From assembly GCF_009914755.1 (NCBI RefSeq), contig NC_060937.1: a stretch of DNA of 64,000 nucleotides; one strand, written 5' to 3'. The notes under the pieces are model-generated. The model made no database searches. It was not told the origin of the DNA and worked only from the letters and a program-made list of their open reading frames with translations. Origin of the DNA: the human T2T-CHM13v2.0 reference genome, Homo sapiens. A program made the translations under genes and the position numbers. Shown piece after piece: positions 31,240-45,330 of this stretch (its first letter is position 1; each line of letters begins with the position of its first letter).

Positions 31240-31753
31240 TGTATAGGCTCCTGCATCAGATACCTATTGCTGCACAATTACTCCAAAACTGGATGCTTAA
31301 AAAAGCAAATATTAATCTCACAGTCTCTGAGGGTCAGGAATCCAAGAGTGGCTTAACTGGGAGGTTCTGGCTCAGAGCCTCTCATGACGTTGCAGTGAAG
31401 CTGCAGGCCAGCGGGCTGCAGTCATCAGAAGGCTGGGGCTGGCAGATCAGCTTCCAAGATGGCTCACTCACATAGCCATTGGCAGGAGGCCTCAGCTCCT
31501 CATCACCTGAGCTTCTTCACAGAACACCAGAGGGTTTTCATGACATGGCAGCTGGCTTTTCCAGACTGAGCAATTGGAGAGAAGGAGAAAGACAGCCACA
31601 CTGTATTTTATGACTTTATTTCAAATGACCACTTCTGCAGTATTCCGTTGGCCACACAGCCCAACATTTATACCATGTGGGAACAAAACAATCAGGGCAT
31701 GAATACCAGAAGGAAGAAATTATTGGGAGGCATCTTAGCAGCTGTCTCCCACA
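31240..31753 (-). mobile_element. MLT1 (MaLR) LTR
   Basis: ctcacagtctctgagggtcaggaatcc, ttccaagatggctcactcaca, agggcatgaataccagaagg motifs. Confidence 0.75.
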
Positions 31754-34589
31754 ACTTCTTTTGAAGAAAAAATAAAGTCAACAAATCTTCAGTGTTGGTA
31801 TAAATTATTTGTACTATTTGCATTTGCAAAAAAAACAAAACAAAAAACAAACAAACAAAAAACCATGAAACTAAATACAAACTTTTTTGGCATATATAAA
31901 TTGCACAAAAAGTATGCTATAGCTTTTTAAAGCTTTATTTGCTAGTTCAGAAGCATCAGGCCTTGTAAAATCCAAAACTTTGTCAATTCTTAGATCCCAA
32001 TTTTAATAAGATTTCCCTTGATAACTCTGCAACTGTCTTGTTTGTTCACATGAAGATAAGTCTCACGTTGCAGGGTTATTGAAACCTGAATTACATAGAT
32101 ATCTAATGCACTTACTGCTAGAATCAACAGAAAATTCTGCACTGCTTTTTTACTGCTGCACTTTTTGCTGATGAATGGTTGCAAGTTTGTGCAAAAAATG
32201 GAATCTGCATAATACATCTGTTCCCAGCAAAAATATGGTACTGGCTGCCACAGCACAAATTCTTTGGATTTCAGCATGCCTATATTCTGTAGGCCCCAAA
32301 ATGATTCATTTCTCCTACCCCCTTTCCAATTTGAACCTCTGTGTAATTTTCCTTTTCGAATGCTATGATATCATTTGCCTTTACTTGGCACAAGCGATCA
32401 TAAAAGAAAATGCAAAGCAGTTGCTTAAATCGTGCAACAACGTTCAATTTTAAGGCAAATCTCTAAGTGACATACAACATGCTTATATTAATTATTGTCA
32501 CAGAAATTGAAAAGTGGTCACAACTTCTGATGTACTGAGATGAATGTTATTCCAACATGTAACTGGGTCCTGAGGCCACAGTTTAAGCTGACACCCTCAA
32601 TCAGATGAAAAAGGGTCTGTCTTCATCTATAGGCATATCAGCAAGTTACCCAAAGAGAGAAGGGGGTAAAGGGATCACTGGAGAGCACAAGTATTGCCTA
32701 CACTGCTAACACCTGTCTCCATTTGTGCTGCAAGTGTGGGGATCATGCCTAGATCTTAGGCTTCCCCTTCTGATTCTCTCTCGTATTTTTCTTGTCTTCC
32801 AGATTGTGAGACTCCCAGTTCTAGCCAGATATCACCACTTCAAAGACATAACAAAAAGGTCAGAACTGCAGTGGGCATTAGGAAGCAGTTGCTGCCATGG
32901 AGTTGGCATGGGTATTAGCAAATAGCATCCGCATGTTGGAGGAGATTTTTGGACTCCTTCGCTCTTCACTTCCTTCTACCCACTGCGCACCCTCCCCCCC
33001 ACCCCCCAGAAAATACCCTCTGGGTCTGAGGGCTTCTTAACAAAAAATTCTCTGGCTTTGACACGAAGCATGGCTTTCAAAGATGATGGGGAGCCCCTGA
33101 CCCCATAAATCTAGACTGTCAGCCAATGGCTGTTATGTTTCTAAGGGTACATCAAAAGTTTTTGCCCATCTGATCAGATAAAAGAATCCTCATGAAGTGG
33201 CTTATTCCCCTGCAGTGCAGAAGGCCCCTTGGTACCAGCTCACAGAAATCCTGCAGGAGGCTGTAGCTTCAGCTTCTCTAGCTCTGTCTGTTGGGCTTAC
33301 TGCAGCTGGCTCCAATGCCAGTACTGGAGAGACACCACGTGTGGAGTCTTCCTGCTCAACCCCCCTCTTGCCTGCCATTAGGAGATGAGAGTCCACATCC
33401 TCATTGAAAGAGACAGGCAAGTCAAATCTCTCACACACAGTCGAGCGTGCACCCACTTTAGGCCTCTGTCAAAGAGTAAACGCAGCTGTCTTTTCTCCAT
33501 GGAGAAAGCAGCCTGCCTGCTCTGCTCTCTTACTAATCAGGATGTTGCCTGAGGATGCTTTTCACCAGGACTGGAGAGAAAGCACTGAGAAGCTGGGAAG
33601 CGAGGTGTGCATGTGTGCATGTGCTGATGCTGACTACACTCCAGCGCCTTTGCTTTTTACAAACATACTTTCAAAACTCTAAAGATGAAAATCTAAAAGG
33701 CGGGAGAATGATCGATGACAGAGAAACTGCTTTGTTAAGAAACCCCTTGGGATAAGATTTTCTGATATATTCAGGGTCCAGCTCATGGTGGGGAAGTTCT
33801 CAGGAATCCATTTGACTGAGGGTCATGTTCATTCTTTGTTGCTGAACTGCTGCAGGTAATCCTAACTACAGCATAACAAGGAGGATGAGGAAAGCCTCCC
33901 AGGGGCTGAGCCAGATATGCCAGCAGTAGGCTTGGGTCCCCTGGACAAAAGTTCCATGCAGCTTAGTAGCAGTCAGACTCACCTTCCATTGCTAATGCAA
34001 ATGAATCCTAAAGATGTCACTAAGGGGATCATTAAAAGTGAGCTGTAAGCTCTTGCTTTAGCTGCTGTCACCCAGGCTGGTAGGAGCGGACAATATCGAG
34101 AATTGCATTAGATCTGTAGCCAGGAAGTAGTTTAAAGCATGACATCATGAGGTTGTCAAAGTAACTGGCCAGGCTACCTCTCTGGACTCCCGTGGTCCAT
34201 AATGACAGGACTTCTTAATGAACACTGAGCCACAGGAAAGGACATGCAGAGGAGTAGCCTGCAGCCTGAGGTGTGACTGCTGGCAGCCTCTACGCTCAGG
34301 CAAGTGCCGCCCACCCTGGGATTGTGTTGCGTGGCTGGATCACAAGGTGAGGCCCAGCAGTCCAACAACCCTCACTGACCACTGAGAGAGGGGAACAACT
34401 CTCTCTGGTATTATCAACTGCCAGCTCTCTCTGATATTATCTGCTGGTATTATCAACTAACTATCCAGAAGAATGCTGCCTTCCCTGTCCTCACCCTGAC
34501 ATCTGAAAGAGGCTGCGAAACTCAGAAAGAGTATCTTTTACTCTGAGAGCACCAGGCTGCAGCATCCCTGTCCATCCTACAATGGAACT

Positions 34590-35290
34590 CTATTAATTCC
34601 CTAGGCCTATGTCACAAAGCACCACAAACTGGGCCGGGTGTGGTGGCTCATGTCTGTAATCCCAGCACTTTCGAAGGCCAATGCGGGTGATCTCTTGAGG
34701 TCAGGAGTTTGAGACCTGTCTGGCCAACATGGAGAAACCCATCTCTATTAAAAATACAAAAAATTAGCCGGGCATGGTGATGCCCACCTGTAGTCCCAGC
34801 TACTCGAGAGGTTGAGGCAGGAGAATTGCTTGAAGCTCTGAGGCAGAGGTTGCAAGACTCCATCTCAAAACAAAACAAAACAAAAAACACCGAAGCACCA
34901 CAAACTGAGTGGCTTTAAACAACAGAAATTTAGTCTTTCACTGTTCTGGAGGCTAAAAGTCCAAGATTAAGGTATAGGCTGGGCCATGCTGCCTCCAAAG
35001 CCTCTAGGGGAGGATTCTCCTAGCACCAAGGTTGCTTGGTGTGCAGCAGCCTCCACCTTCATGTGTCTGTGGCTTCACATGGCATTCTCCTCTGGGTGTG
35101 TCCCTGTGCAAATTTCCCTCTTCTTATAAGAACATCACTCATATTAGATTTGGGCCCACCCAATGACTTCATCTTTCCAAAGATTTGACTTCATTGCAAA
35201 CACCCTCTTTCCAAATTAGGTCCCATTTACCGTTTCTGGGGCTTAGGACTTGAAGACATCTCTTTGGGAGGACAAAATTCAACCCACAAT
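34590..35290 (-). mobile_element. MLT1A-C-like LTR interrupted by an Alu
   Basis: aaacaacagaaattt...gttctggaggctaaaagtccaagat...ggaggacaaaattcaacccacaa. Confidence 0.85.
34632..34892 (+). mobile_element. AluS with an internal deletion in the right arm
   Basis: gaggttgca joined directly to agactccatctc; perfect 15-bp TSD aagcaccacaaactg at 34617-34631 and 34893-34907. Confidence 0.93.
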
Positions 35291-35586
35291 AGGCCTAGTC
35301 TTCATTCTGCACAACGATCAGTACACACAGGACTTGTCCAGGCCTGCAGCAGGACAGGCCCTGAGTTAGCTGAAGGCAAGAAGAAAAGCAACCAAAGCCA
35401 AACTGTGGGCGTAGAAACAATGGCAAAATGCAGAGCAACCCATGGCCTTGGAAATCAAGTCTACTTGGTGACTCCCAGCCTGCCAACAGCTTCCATCACT
35501 GCTCCTGTCTCCTTTTCTCTGACTAAAAGAAAGTCTTTGGGACAAGGAACTCATCAATAAAGCCAACTGGGCAGGGATGCACTTTC

Positions 35587-36117
35587 TGTCAAAGGGAGCA
35601 GAATGTGCCACCCCAACCAGTGCCATAAGAATTATTTTGAACTGAAAGCAATTGAAAAGAAACAGACAAAAGAAACACTCTCTGCCCTCCCTTTTTCTAC
35701 CAGAAGGGGCAGGATGATTCTTAATCACCAGAGAGAATTCTGAATCCTTATCCAGACTGTGCAGAGGAATCCACATAACAAACCTTACATAATCAACCCT
35801 TGTCTACCAATAGTTTCTCCTATATACTTACATTCCCATAATTTGCAGCCCCTGGAAGCCCAAAGTCCTTTTCCTTAGTGTTGCTGCTTCTCTAAAAAAA
35901 CTTAGTGTCCTTTTGCAAAGGTGCTATATAAGCTCAAATTCAAACCACCCTTTGAGTTGCTCATCTCCATGTTCTAATGTGAATGCACGATGCACATGCT
36001 CATAAACTTATGTTTGCTTTTCTCTTGTTAAGCTGTCTTTTGCCAGAGTCTTATTGACAGGGCCCTCATTTGGAGAACCCAAAATGGGTAGAGGGAGAAG
36101 ATTTTTCCTCCTCAACA
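35587..36117 (+). mobile_element. MER34/MER39-type ERV1 solo LTR
   Basis: gagcagaatgtgccacccc...cataagaattattttgaactgaaagcaattga; ends tttttcctcctcaaca. Confidence 0.7.
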
Positions 36118-36789
36118 CCGCAGTCACCAGGAAAACATATAGAATGATATCCTGGTTTTCTGTTCAGTATTACTCTCCAAGACCTCTAGGCTTGGCAAAG
36201 ATTTCTGAGTTCTGTGAATCCTTCAGCCTGAGCAGCCCAGGAGGAAATACTCCTGTGAGATGTGCCTGCCTTGGCTGTCTTTGAATGGATGCTGTTCCTG
36301 TGGGGTTAGCACAGAACTTTTTGCATCATGTTAATATCAGGAGCCTGCCAGAACTCTTTGGAAAAGTATTCTTCTTGTGAATCAGAGTTACAAGGTGGAG
36401 AATTCCACTCTCAGAAACATAAAAGACCTGAAGGCTGTGCCACTCCTCTCGTGCCCTTTCTCTCAGGAGTACAGACAGGAAGTTCCAAAGATTTCTGCCT
36501 GAAGCTAATACTGTGCTGTTTGAAACATCACCCTTAACAATGGGATGAAAACCACTGACTCTGAAATAGCAATTTTCTCTCCGGAAATAAGGATATGCTT
36601 AATTTCAGGTGAGAAGACAATAATGGACGATGAAATAGGAGAATGTGATTCCTACAGCCAAAGGAGGAAGTAGATAAAAGGAGAGACTTGATCCATCCCA
36701 AAGTTTTTTTCCATGTTTAGGGATTATTTTTTCCACATCCTGAACCCAACTTGGTCTTAGGAAAATTGTGACTTTCATTTAGTCACTTG

Positions 36790-37200
36790 CTGGATGCTTT
36801 ACATCTCACTTAATCTTCACAGACCCCTAAGAAGGTAATGCAGCATAGCAGCAGATAGCCAAGGCTCCAGAGTCTGATGGTTCCACTCGAGGCTGTATTC
36901 CCACATTATACCTCCCTATGTGACTCTAGGCAAGTTCTTTGTGCTGTAAAATGGGAGACCCAAATTCCAATTTCATAGCATGGATGTGAAGATTAAAAGA
37001 GATAACCTGATGAAGTGCTCAATAAACAATGGCTCCTATTATTAGATACTGCGAGTATAGTATTCTCATTTTCTACAAAGGTTTCTTTCAGAAAGGCTAA
37101 CTAACATGCTCTGGTCAGACAATGAAATGTGCGGGACAGGATTCAACCTGTGATTGTCCGACTGCAAGCTCTGTCCCCCTCAGCGTTGACTATTATGCAT
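36790..37200. mobile_element. Nested MIR fragments
   Basis: ctgtaaaatggga, gtgaagattaaaagagata, gtgctcaataaa motifs. Confidence 0.6.
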
Positions 37201-37951
37201 GACTGCCTCCTTGACAATCTAGGCCAATGCTGCCTCTGGGGCTTCCTGACCTCCATTTCAGTTCAGGCTCCTGCCTTTCGGTTTCATCCTGGGAGTCCAG
37301 TATCCTCACGGCCTCTCCTCAGCCCAGAGCTGAGGTCTCCCCTTTGGAACTCATCCTCCCTAGAAAGCAACTCCAGCCAAACATCTTTTCCTTGAAATCC
37401 CTTCTGTCAGCATTGCCGTTGGCTTTCTGAAGTGACAGTGGTCACATAGGTCTGCTAAAATATCAGCAGCTGATGGTGGTTTAATTCCTTGCCCTTCAAT
37501 AATTCAACAATAACACCAAGGAGAGCATTACAAGCCACTACGGTCAGGCAGTGAGTGGCACTGCTGATGCAGCCCAAGCTTATAAAACATAGCCCTGGTT
37601 CTCAGAGAATTCACAGTCTAGAAAGGAAGGAAGACATGAAAATAATGAACTCTCATGCTCTAAGGAAAGTGGTTTTGAACTGGGCTGATGTCTATGAATG
37701 ACGAGCTGTGGGAGCACCAAGGTGGAGACATGTTGGCTGGGTCTGGACGATTGGGTCACATCGAACCAACGGACATATGGCAAAGCGTTCTGGATAAGAG
37801 CAAAAGATGATAGAATAAGTGTGAACCTGAGTGACCTAGGGGTATGGGCTGCCAGAGGGATAATGATAGGGCATGGCTTTAGACCCACAAAGAGGCCCGA
37901 TGGGCAGGTCCTTGAATGCCTGCTGTGTAAGCCCTTTGCTTTTTCTCCTCT

Positions 37952-38120
37952 AGGCCAATGTTCTCAAACTTTAGCCTACCTCAGAATCAACTGCCAGCTT
38001 GATAAAGCACAGCTTTCTGGGCCTCACCCCCAGAGTTTTTGCTTCAGTAATCTGGGGTGGGAACTGATCATTTACATTTCTAACATTCCCAGGTGACCCT
38101 AAGGCCACTCCTTCTAGGAC
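37952..38120. mobile_element. MER5A-like hAT MITE
   Basis: gttctcaaacttt...tcagaatca...catttctaacattcccaggtga. Confidence 0.7.
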
Positions 38121-38123
38121 TAC

Positions 38124-38450
38124 TGTATGAGTCCATTCTCACGCTGCTATGAAGAAATACCCGAGACTGGGTACTTTATAAAGAAAATAGGTTTAACTGA
38201 CTCTCAGTTCCTCATGGCTGGGGAGGCCTCAGGAAACTTACAATCATGGCGGAAGGCACTTCTTCACAGGGCAGCCGGAGAGAGAATGAGTGTCGTGTAA
38301 TGGGAGAAACTCCTTACAAAACTGTCAGATCTCATGAGAACTCACTCATTATCACAAGAACAATATGGGGGAAACTGCCCCCATGATACAGTTATCTCCA
38401 CCTGGTCCCCCCCTAAACACGTGGGGATTATTACAATTCAAGAGTAAGAT
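38124..38450 (-). mobile_element. THE1D/MST-like LTR, truncated
   Basis: tgtatgagtccattctcacgctgctatgaagaaatacccgagactggg...ggcctcaggaaacttacaatcatggcggaagg. Confidence 0.88.
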
Positions 38451-40980
38451 CTGTCTCACGCAGATGTTAAAGTTTGGGGAGGATAAATTGAGATTCACAT
38501 TATGAAAGGGCTGTGAAACAATAACTGTAATACAAATGCAAGTCATTATTTTTAAAGATTTTCCAATTCCCCCAAAATAATATAACATATATATTCAAAG
38601 AAATTGTTAATAGGACCAGTAATTTTTTTTCAGGAATACTCTAATAGGCAGTTTTCTTTGTTTCACTGTGAGTTCATAAATAACTCTTTATATGTGTTAG
38701 AGGAACAGAAAAAAATGTGAAAGCTGTTAACAGTAAGGAAAATAAATTGAAATAAGTCGAGTGTAAGATTATTCAATCAAGTGTGTTCAGTTAATGTATA
38801 AACGATGATGAGTGACATTAAGTTACAAGGCAATTCAGGGAATGTTCACTCAATATCATCTGTGTAAAGTAATGGGAAAAAGCAAATATTCATCTGTTTT
38901 ATTAATATATGTAATTTAAAAGTCTCCAGGCCTCCTCAAACTATGGCTTCCACTGATATCACACTGACATGCATTTAAAGATTGGGCTGGCAGACATGAT
39001 AACAGGCCCTCTGTATAACTACAGGCAATCTGCACAGACTTCACCAATTAGTCTAAGAATCCCTGGGGTATTTCACATCCGTTCATGATTATTTCAGGTT
39101 TTTGTTGATGTCCACCACCCACAAGCCTCAGAAAAATGTGCCTTTTTGGAGTACGTGTCTTTAGCATCTAGAAAACCATTTCTTGCAGGGTTGCAAATTA
39201 CATAACCTCTGAAGAGCCTGTAGGTCCTACCTAAATGGAAATCCTGTGGTGTCAGATTCCAGAATGGGGAGGCTGGCTTCTTTCCTTGGTTCTTGCAGCT
39301 GGATCCTGGGGATGGGCTGGGGAATGACCAACGAAAAGCCAACAGCCTTTTCCCTTGCTTCATGTCATTTAGATTAAGGCAACTCTTAAAAACGGCCATT
39401 ATCAGAAAACATACCTTCATGCCACCATAGAACAATACTTACTGTTTTACAAACAATAAATAGACTTGATCTCTTGATCTCAGATATCTTGAAAGCTTTA
39501 TTGGATTTCTAGTGGTGACTCTGGTGAATGAACTTTTCTAAGAAAACAGACAGGGTGTTGAAAAACAGAAAAGAGGTAAGATATATTCTCCAGCTCCAAT
39601 GAGACCAGCCACAGCTACACTTGGCTTGGGATCAGTTATCTGCACACCCAGCCATTTTCCAGAGCAGTCCTGGCCTCACCGTAGCCCGCTTTGTGCTCAC
39701 AGCAAGTTCAGCCCTGCTGTGCTAATTTCCTGGTTGCTTTTCTCTGGCAAGGGGACGTTTGTGAAATTCTCCATTCAAGCTGTAAAGAATGACTTTCAAT
39801 CTTTTTGCTTTTGATGAGAAATAACAGATCAGGTCACCCTTCCTTCCAGAGCAGCGCAATGGAGGAACATCACAGGTAACAGCCTTTGTGGCTGTGCTCC
39901 CAAGAGGAGCTGCTGCCCCCACCCCACTGCCCTGCTGCACAGGTTGTAATGACCTCACTGCATGCTCAAGCACAGGGAGTCGGGGGTGGGGGGTTGTGTA
40001 TGCATGGCTGTGGGGCGGTTCAAATTCTAATAAATGGATAGTCTCCTCTCAATTAACTCATTGCAGGGAGCCACAAATTCAAATGCTGTAGAACCTCTCC
40101 CTTGAACAAGTAACAAGCCTTTCCTCTTTTTGTTGGTTTTCACACACACACAAATGATAAATTTACCTGTAAGTTATGATCTGTGCAATGCTCAAACACT
40201 GACCATGTGTTACCAACCCTGCCTGGAAGAGAATATGAAATCCAGCCACATGCTGCAGAGCCATGTGAGTTGATAGAGTTAGAACAGTTGCTTTGAGCTA
40301 ATGGGAGGTTTTTCCTTCTACCATACTACTAAGGAGACACAATGCCACTGGTGTTAACGCCAGACCTAAATTCAAAATCTCGATGTTGTTGCTTATAAAC
40401 AATTTTACAATCTTGCATCTTGTAACTAATTTTTTTAATGGTAAACATGCAAAAGAATGACGGAACATTAAATCATTGTCATTATCTTTGATTTCTGTTT
40501 CATCTGGTAGTTAGAAGCAAACTGACTGGGATTATGGGCGATATTTGATTTGGGATTAAAACTAACCACAAACAAAACAGGTTTGTGGATAATTTGGAAC
40601 GTTTTGTTAAAATGTGAGGTTGGCATGTTTCCTTCTAATTCTTTAAAATCCACGAAAAGAAGGGTTTAATTCATTAATTTCTTTTACATCTTGAACATTT
40701 CCTTTTAATATAAAATTAAATGCAAAGTAATAAATAAGTACTATGTTCTCTAAATCCTTCCATTTGTTTTAAAAAGCAAAAAAAAGGGTGTCAATAAAAG
40801 TTAATTTTTTAATGTAATTTCTTTGCTTATGGTTATACAAATGTTCACTAAAAGTAATCACAAAGTCAATGGAAAAGTTGGGAGGGCATTTATGGAATAA
40901 TGATGAAGCAGTTTAAAAATGTCAGAAATAAACATCAGTCTCTCAATTTCTGAAAAATATGAGTTGCTAAGGATTCTCCT

Positions 40981-41674
<694 letters not shown>

Positions 41675-43017
41675 CTAAGAGCAAAGTTGAGAATTGTGAG
41701 AATTGTGTAATTCCCTCAACTATTATTTTCCCACAAGAAACGCTACTTATTATTTAGTCCTCAAAGAAATGGATTTCTGTCTTCAAGAATGTGTGTGTGT
41801 ATTTGTAAGTGAGTTAACAAAATAAAGCTACGACTAATAATGACGTTAACTTATAATCTTGATTGGATTATAAAATTTGATTATAAATTTTAAAGGAAAT
41901 ATCTTATTCACATGTACTTTTTAGCCCAAGGACTTGACATATAAATAAAATAAATTATTTTTTACAAATCAAATGGTAGTCTGATATTGGTGGATTATCT
42001 TGTACTGAATTAACCTCTGCACAGGTGATTACTATAAATTCTGTTCAAAACATAAATCTATTTCAAGGCACCAAGAGCACCTAAAAGCAGACAAGCACTG
42101 GGGCTGGGGAGGAGGTGGCACATGAAGGAAGGAACTGTAGTGGCTAAGATCCACATTTATGCGACTTTTCTCTTAGGACTTTGCCTTGTCTGTAGAACAG
42201 GATGGTTAGAACTCACAGAAGGCAACATTCTTATGGCTTACAGTGTTAGAGAAGGTTGTTTGAGGCTATCAGAGAACCTGGAAATTAAGGGGGAAAATCC
42301 TAGGAAGGAGGTCACTACAGGCATATAGTGGGGGGAGCTTCCAAAATTACAAATAAATGACCATTAAATCCTTGGCTGAACACTGAACTGTGTATGCCCA
42401 AAGAAAACGACAGAGTCCAGCAGAAGGCAACAGCTGGAAGGCTAAAAAAAAAATCTGAGCACAGGTTCCAGTTGCTGCCTGGAACAGAAGAAAGAATTTG
42501 GAGTTTGAGTCCTGTCAATAACCTTGTTTAATAGAAAGAGAAACCTGAGATATTTAAAGTTTACCATATGGTATAGCCAATATGACTTTGTTGTGGCTTT
42601 TGTTCTTGTCCCAAGAAAACTGATGAGAAATAATGTTGGCAAATGTGGCCTACATATAAGCCTATACACTGATGCATCACAATTTGGTGAACGATGATCA
42701 AGAATAATTACCAGTGGATTCTCAGCCATGATCCGTCTGTGCCAGGTGATAAAGCATTTTCATCAAAATGCTCTCTGGTGAATAGCTCTTTTAACTTGTA
42801 GAATCATCATGAAGAGCAGCTCTTTTAACTTGTAGAATCATCAAAATGGGGGAAAAGAGAATGAGTGGAACACTAATCATCAAGATCTAGATTCAAATGG
42901 CCCTGATAAGTTGAAGAAGAAGTTGAAATTTAATAGAATGCAATTGAATGGACAAACTCTTAGGAAAGAGGACCAGAAAGCATAAAGAAATACAACAAAG
43001 CCAGTGATAGACTAGTT

Positions 43018-43495
43018 GAGTGGTTCTTGAACTTTTGGTATCAGGACCCCTTCACTCTCTTAAAAAATATTTTGGCTGTACAAAACTATAATTTATATGA
43101 ATTTTATCTGTTGGTACTTAACAGATTATAAACTAAAATTGAGAAATTTTGAAATGTATTTTTAATTTATTTAAATATAGCAAAAAAATTCCATTTTATA
43201 CTAACTTAAGTAACATATTTTTATGAAAAATAAAATAGCAGCTGACAAGCCTGGCATTATTTTACTTTTTGCAAATCTCCTTAATGTCTGGCTCACTAGA
43301 AGACAGCTGGAGTCTCATATCTGATTCTACGTTCAGTATGTTAAAATATCACGTATCACGTGCCCTCTGGCAAACTCTACACTTGTGAAAGCATATGAGT
43401 GAAAACTACAAATAACATCCTGATATTATTACAAAAATAGTTTTTACCTTGTGGACCATCTGAAATGGTCTTAAGAACCCCCAAGAATTCCCCCA
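43018..43495. mobile_element. hAT-Charlie non-autonomous element (Charlie4a-like)
   Basis: gtggttcttgaacttttggtatcaggaccccttcactctcttaaaa...gcaaatctccttaatgtctggct. Confidence 0.6.
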
Positions 43496-44511
43496 GAGAA
43501 AATTTACATGGAATATAAATATTCTTATGCTCTGGGTCACTTTTTAGACTTTCATTAACATATTTCTTTTCTGCTTCTTTTCCACTGACACTAGTCCTTC
43601 AGTCTTCTTCTTTATAGCTCTCAGACCACACATGTGTTTGTCTCTCCTTCTAGGCAAAGTGGGCAATCCAGATGTATCACTTGACTTTCTGACTACTGGA
43701 AGAATTTCCCTTCATTATTGCACACCAGGGGTATCCCACAGGTAAGGTAAAAACTTGCAACTTCCCACTTCAGACTGGTTCCAGATCATTGTACAGAAAT
43801 GTCTTTAAGTCAGGCTTGACTATTTTTCTCAGTCCCCATGAGTACATAGTTGTAGGGTGAGGGAGTTGTACACAATGCAGCAAAACTAGCTGCACTAAGA
43901 TTATGTGCCAAATGATCATGCAACATACTGGTGCTTTCAGTATCTGCTGAAATCTAATTTTATAATTAATGATGATTAGCTTCTCAAATTTATGGCTCAG
44001 TGGGCCATAGGATACCCTGTTTATGATGAAAGCTCAATTTGCATGGTCACTTGATATCTCTAGAACTTAATAGCAAGCCAAGGGCTATTTCTAAAGAAAA
44101 GAATAAATATTTTTGGAAGAAGGTACCACTCTGCTTCAAAACCCAAAAGGCCTGCACCATGATTATCTTGATGGGACTTCCCACAATATCCCTAGAGTAT
44201 CCCCATCTACCATAGAGAATTTGAAAACCTAGGGTCTGCTGTGACATAAAGTCCAAGAAGTAAATAGAAGTGCTTAAAATGCAGACTGGTTTAGCGGCTC
44301 CCAAATGTGATACATTGTTTCCTTCAAAAACCCCAGGGTTCCTTTCTTATGTGGTAAGAGTTGTGCAAAATCTAGAAACTTGTCTTTCTTTAGATGTAAT
44401 ATTCTGACATGCCCTGAACTATACGAGTGCCAGAAATTTCTCAGAGCTAACAGGCACATAAATTTTCATTGTGTTTGTATTTCACCTTTGACAGGCATGT
44501 ATCTCACCAGG

Positions 44512-45330
44512 TGTTTGGGTTGTCTATTGTTCTACAACAAATCACTAAATTGTGGTGGCTTAAGAGAACAACAATCATTGTATTACCTCTCATGTTTTCT
44601 GCACATCAAGTGGGAATGTCTTGACTAGACACTTCTGACTCAGGGCCTCTGCTGTAGCTGTGGTCAGATTGCATCTGGTGTGGGAAAGATGAGGAGCTGA
44701 GGCATCTGGAGGAAGGCCGGGAATTTCTCCCTTCATAGAATCTCAGGACTCTTTGTATGATCCTTCCACTTCCCTCCAGCAGGACAATTTTTCTGTTTAT
44801 ACGACAGGTGGAGGCATCAAGCACAAAGATTCTACTGAATAAAATGAAAGCCATTTCCTCTTGCCTAACTGATATGGTTTGGCTGTGTCCCCACCCAAAT
44901 CTCATCTTGAATTGTAGCTCCCATAATTCTCACGTGTCATAGGAGGGACCCAGTGGGAGGTAATTGAATCATGGAGATGGGTCTTTCTCGTGCTCTTATT
45001 GTGATAGTGAATAAGTCTCAGGAGATCTGATGGTTTGGTAAAGGGGAGTTCCCCTACACAAGCTCTCTCTTGCCTACTGCCATGTAAGACGTGACTTTGT
45101 TCCTCCTTTGCCTTCTACCGTGATTGTGAGGCCTCCCCAGCCATGTGGAACTGTGAGTCAATTAAACCTTTTTCCTTTATAAATTACCCAGTCTTGGATA
45201 TGTCTTTATTAGCAGAGTAAGAACAGACTAATACAATAACCTAGCCTTGTGGGATGCAAAACCACTTCTAATGTGCTCTTCTGGTTGAAGCAGTTAGAAA
45301 AGCCCACCCAATACCTGAGCCATTTGAGGA
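44512..45330 (-). mobile_element. MLT1-type LTR interrupted by THE1
   Basis: gtggcttaagagaacaacaatcatt...ctctcatg motifs; continues after 45240. Confidence 0.6.
44870..45235 (+). mobile_element. THE1 (B/C-like) solo LTR
   Basis: tgatatggtttggctgtgtccccacccaaatctc ... gaacagactaataca; 5-bp TSD ctaac/ataac. Confidence 0.95.
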
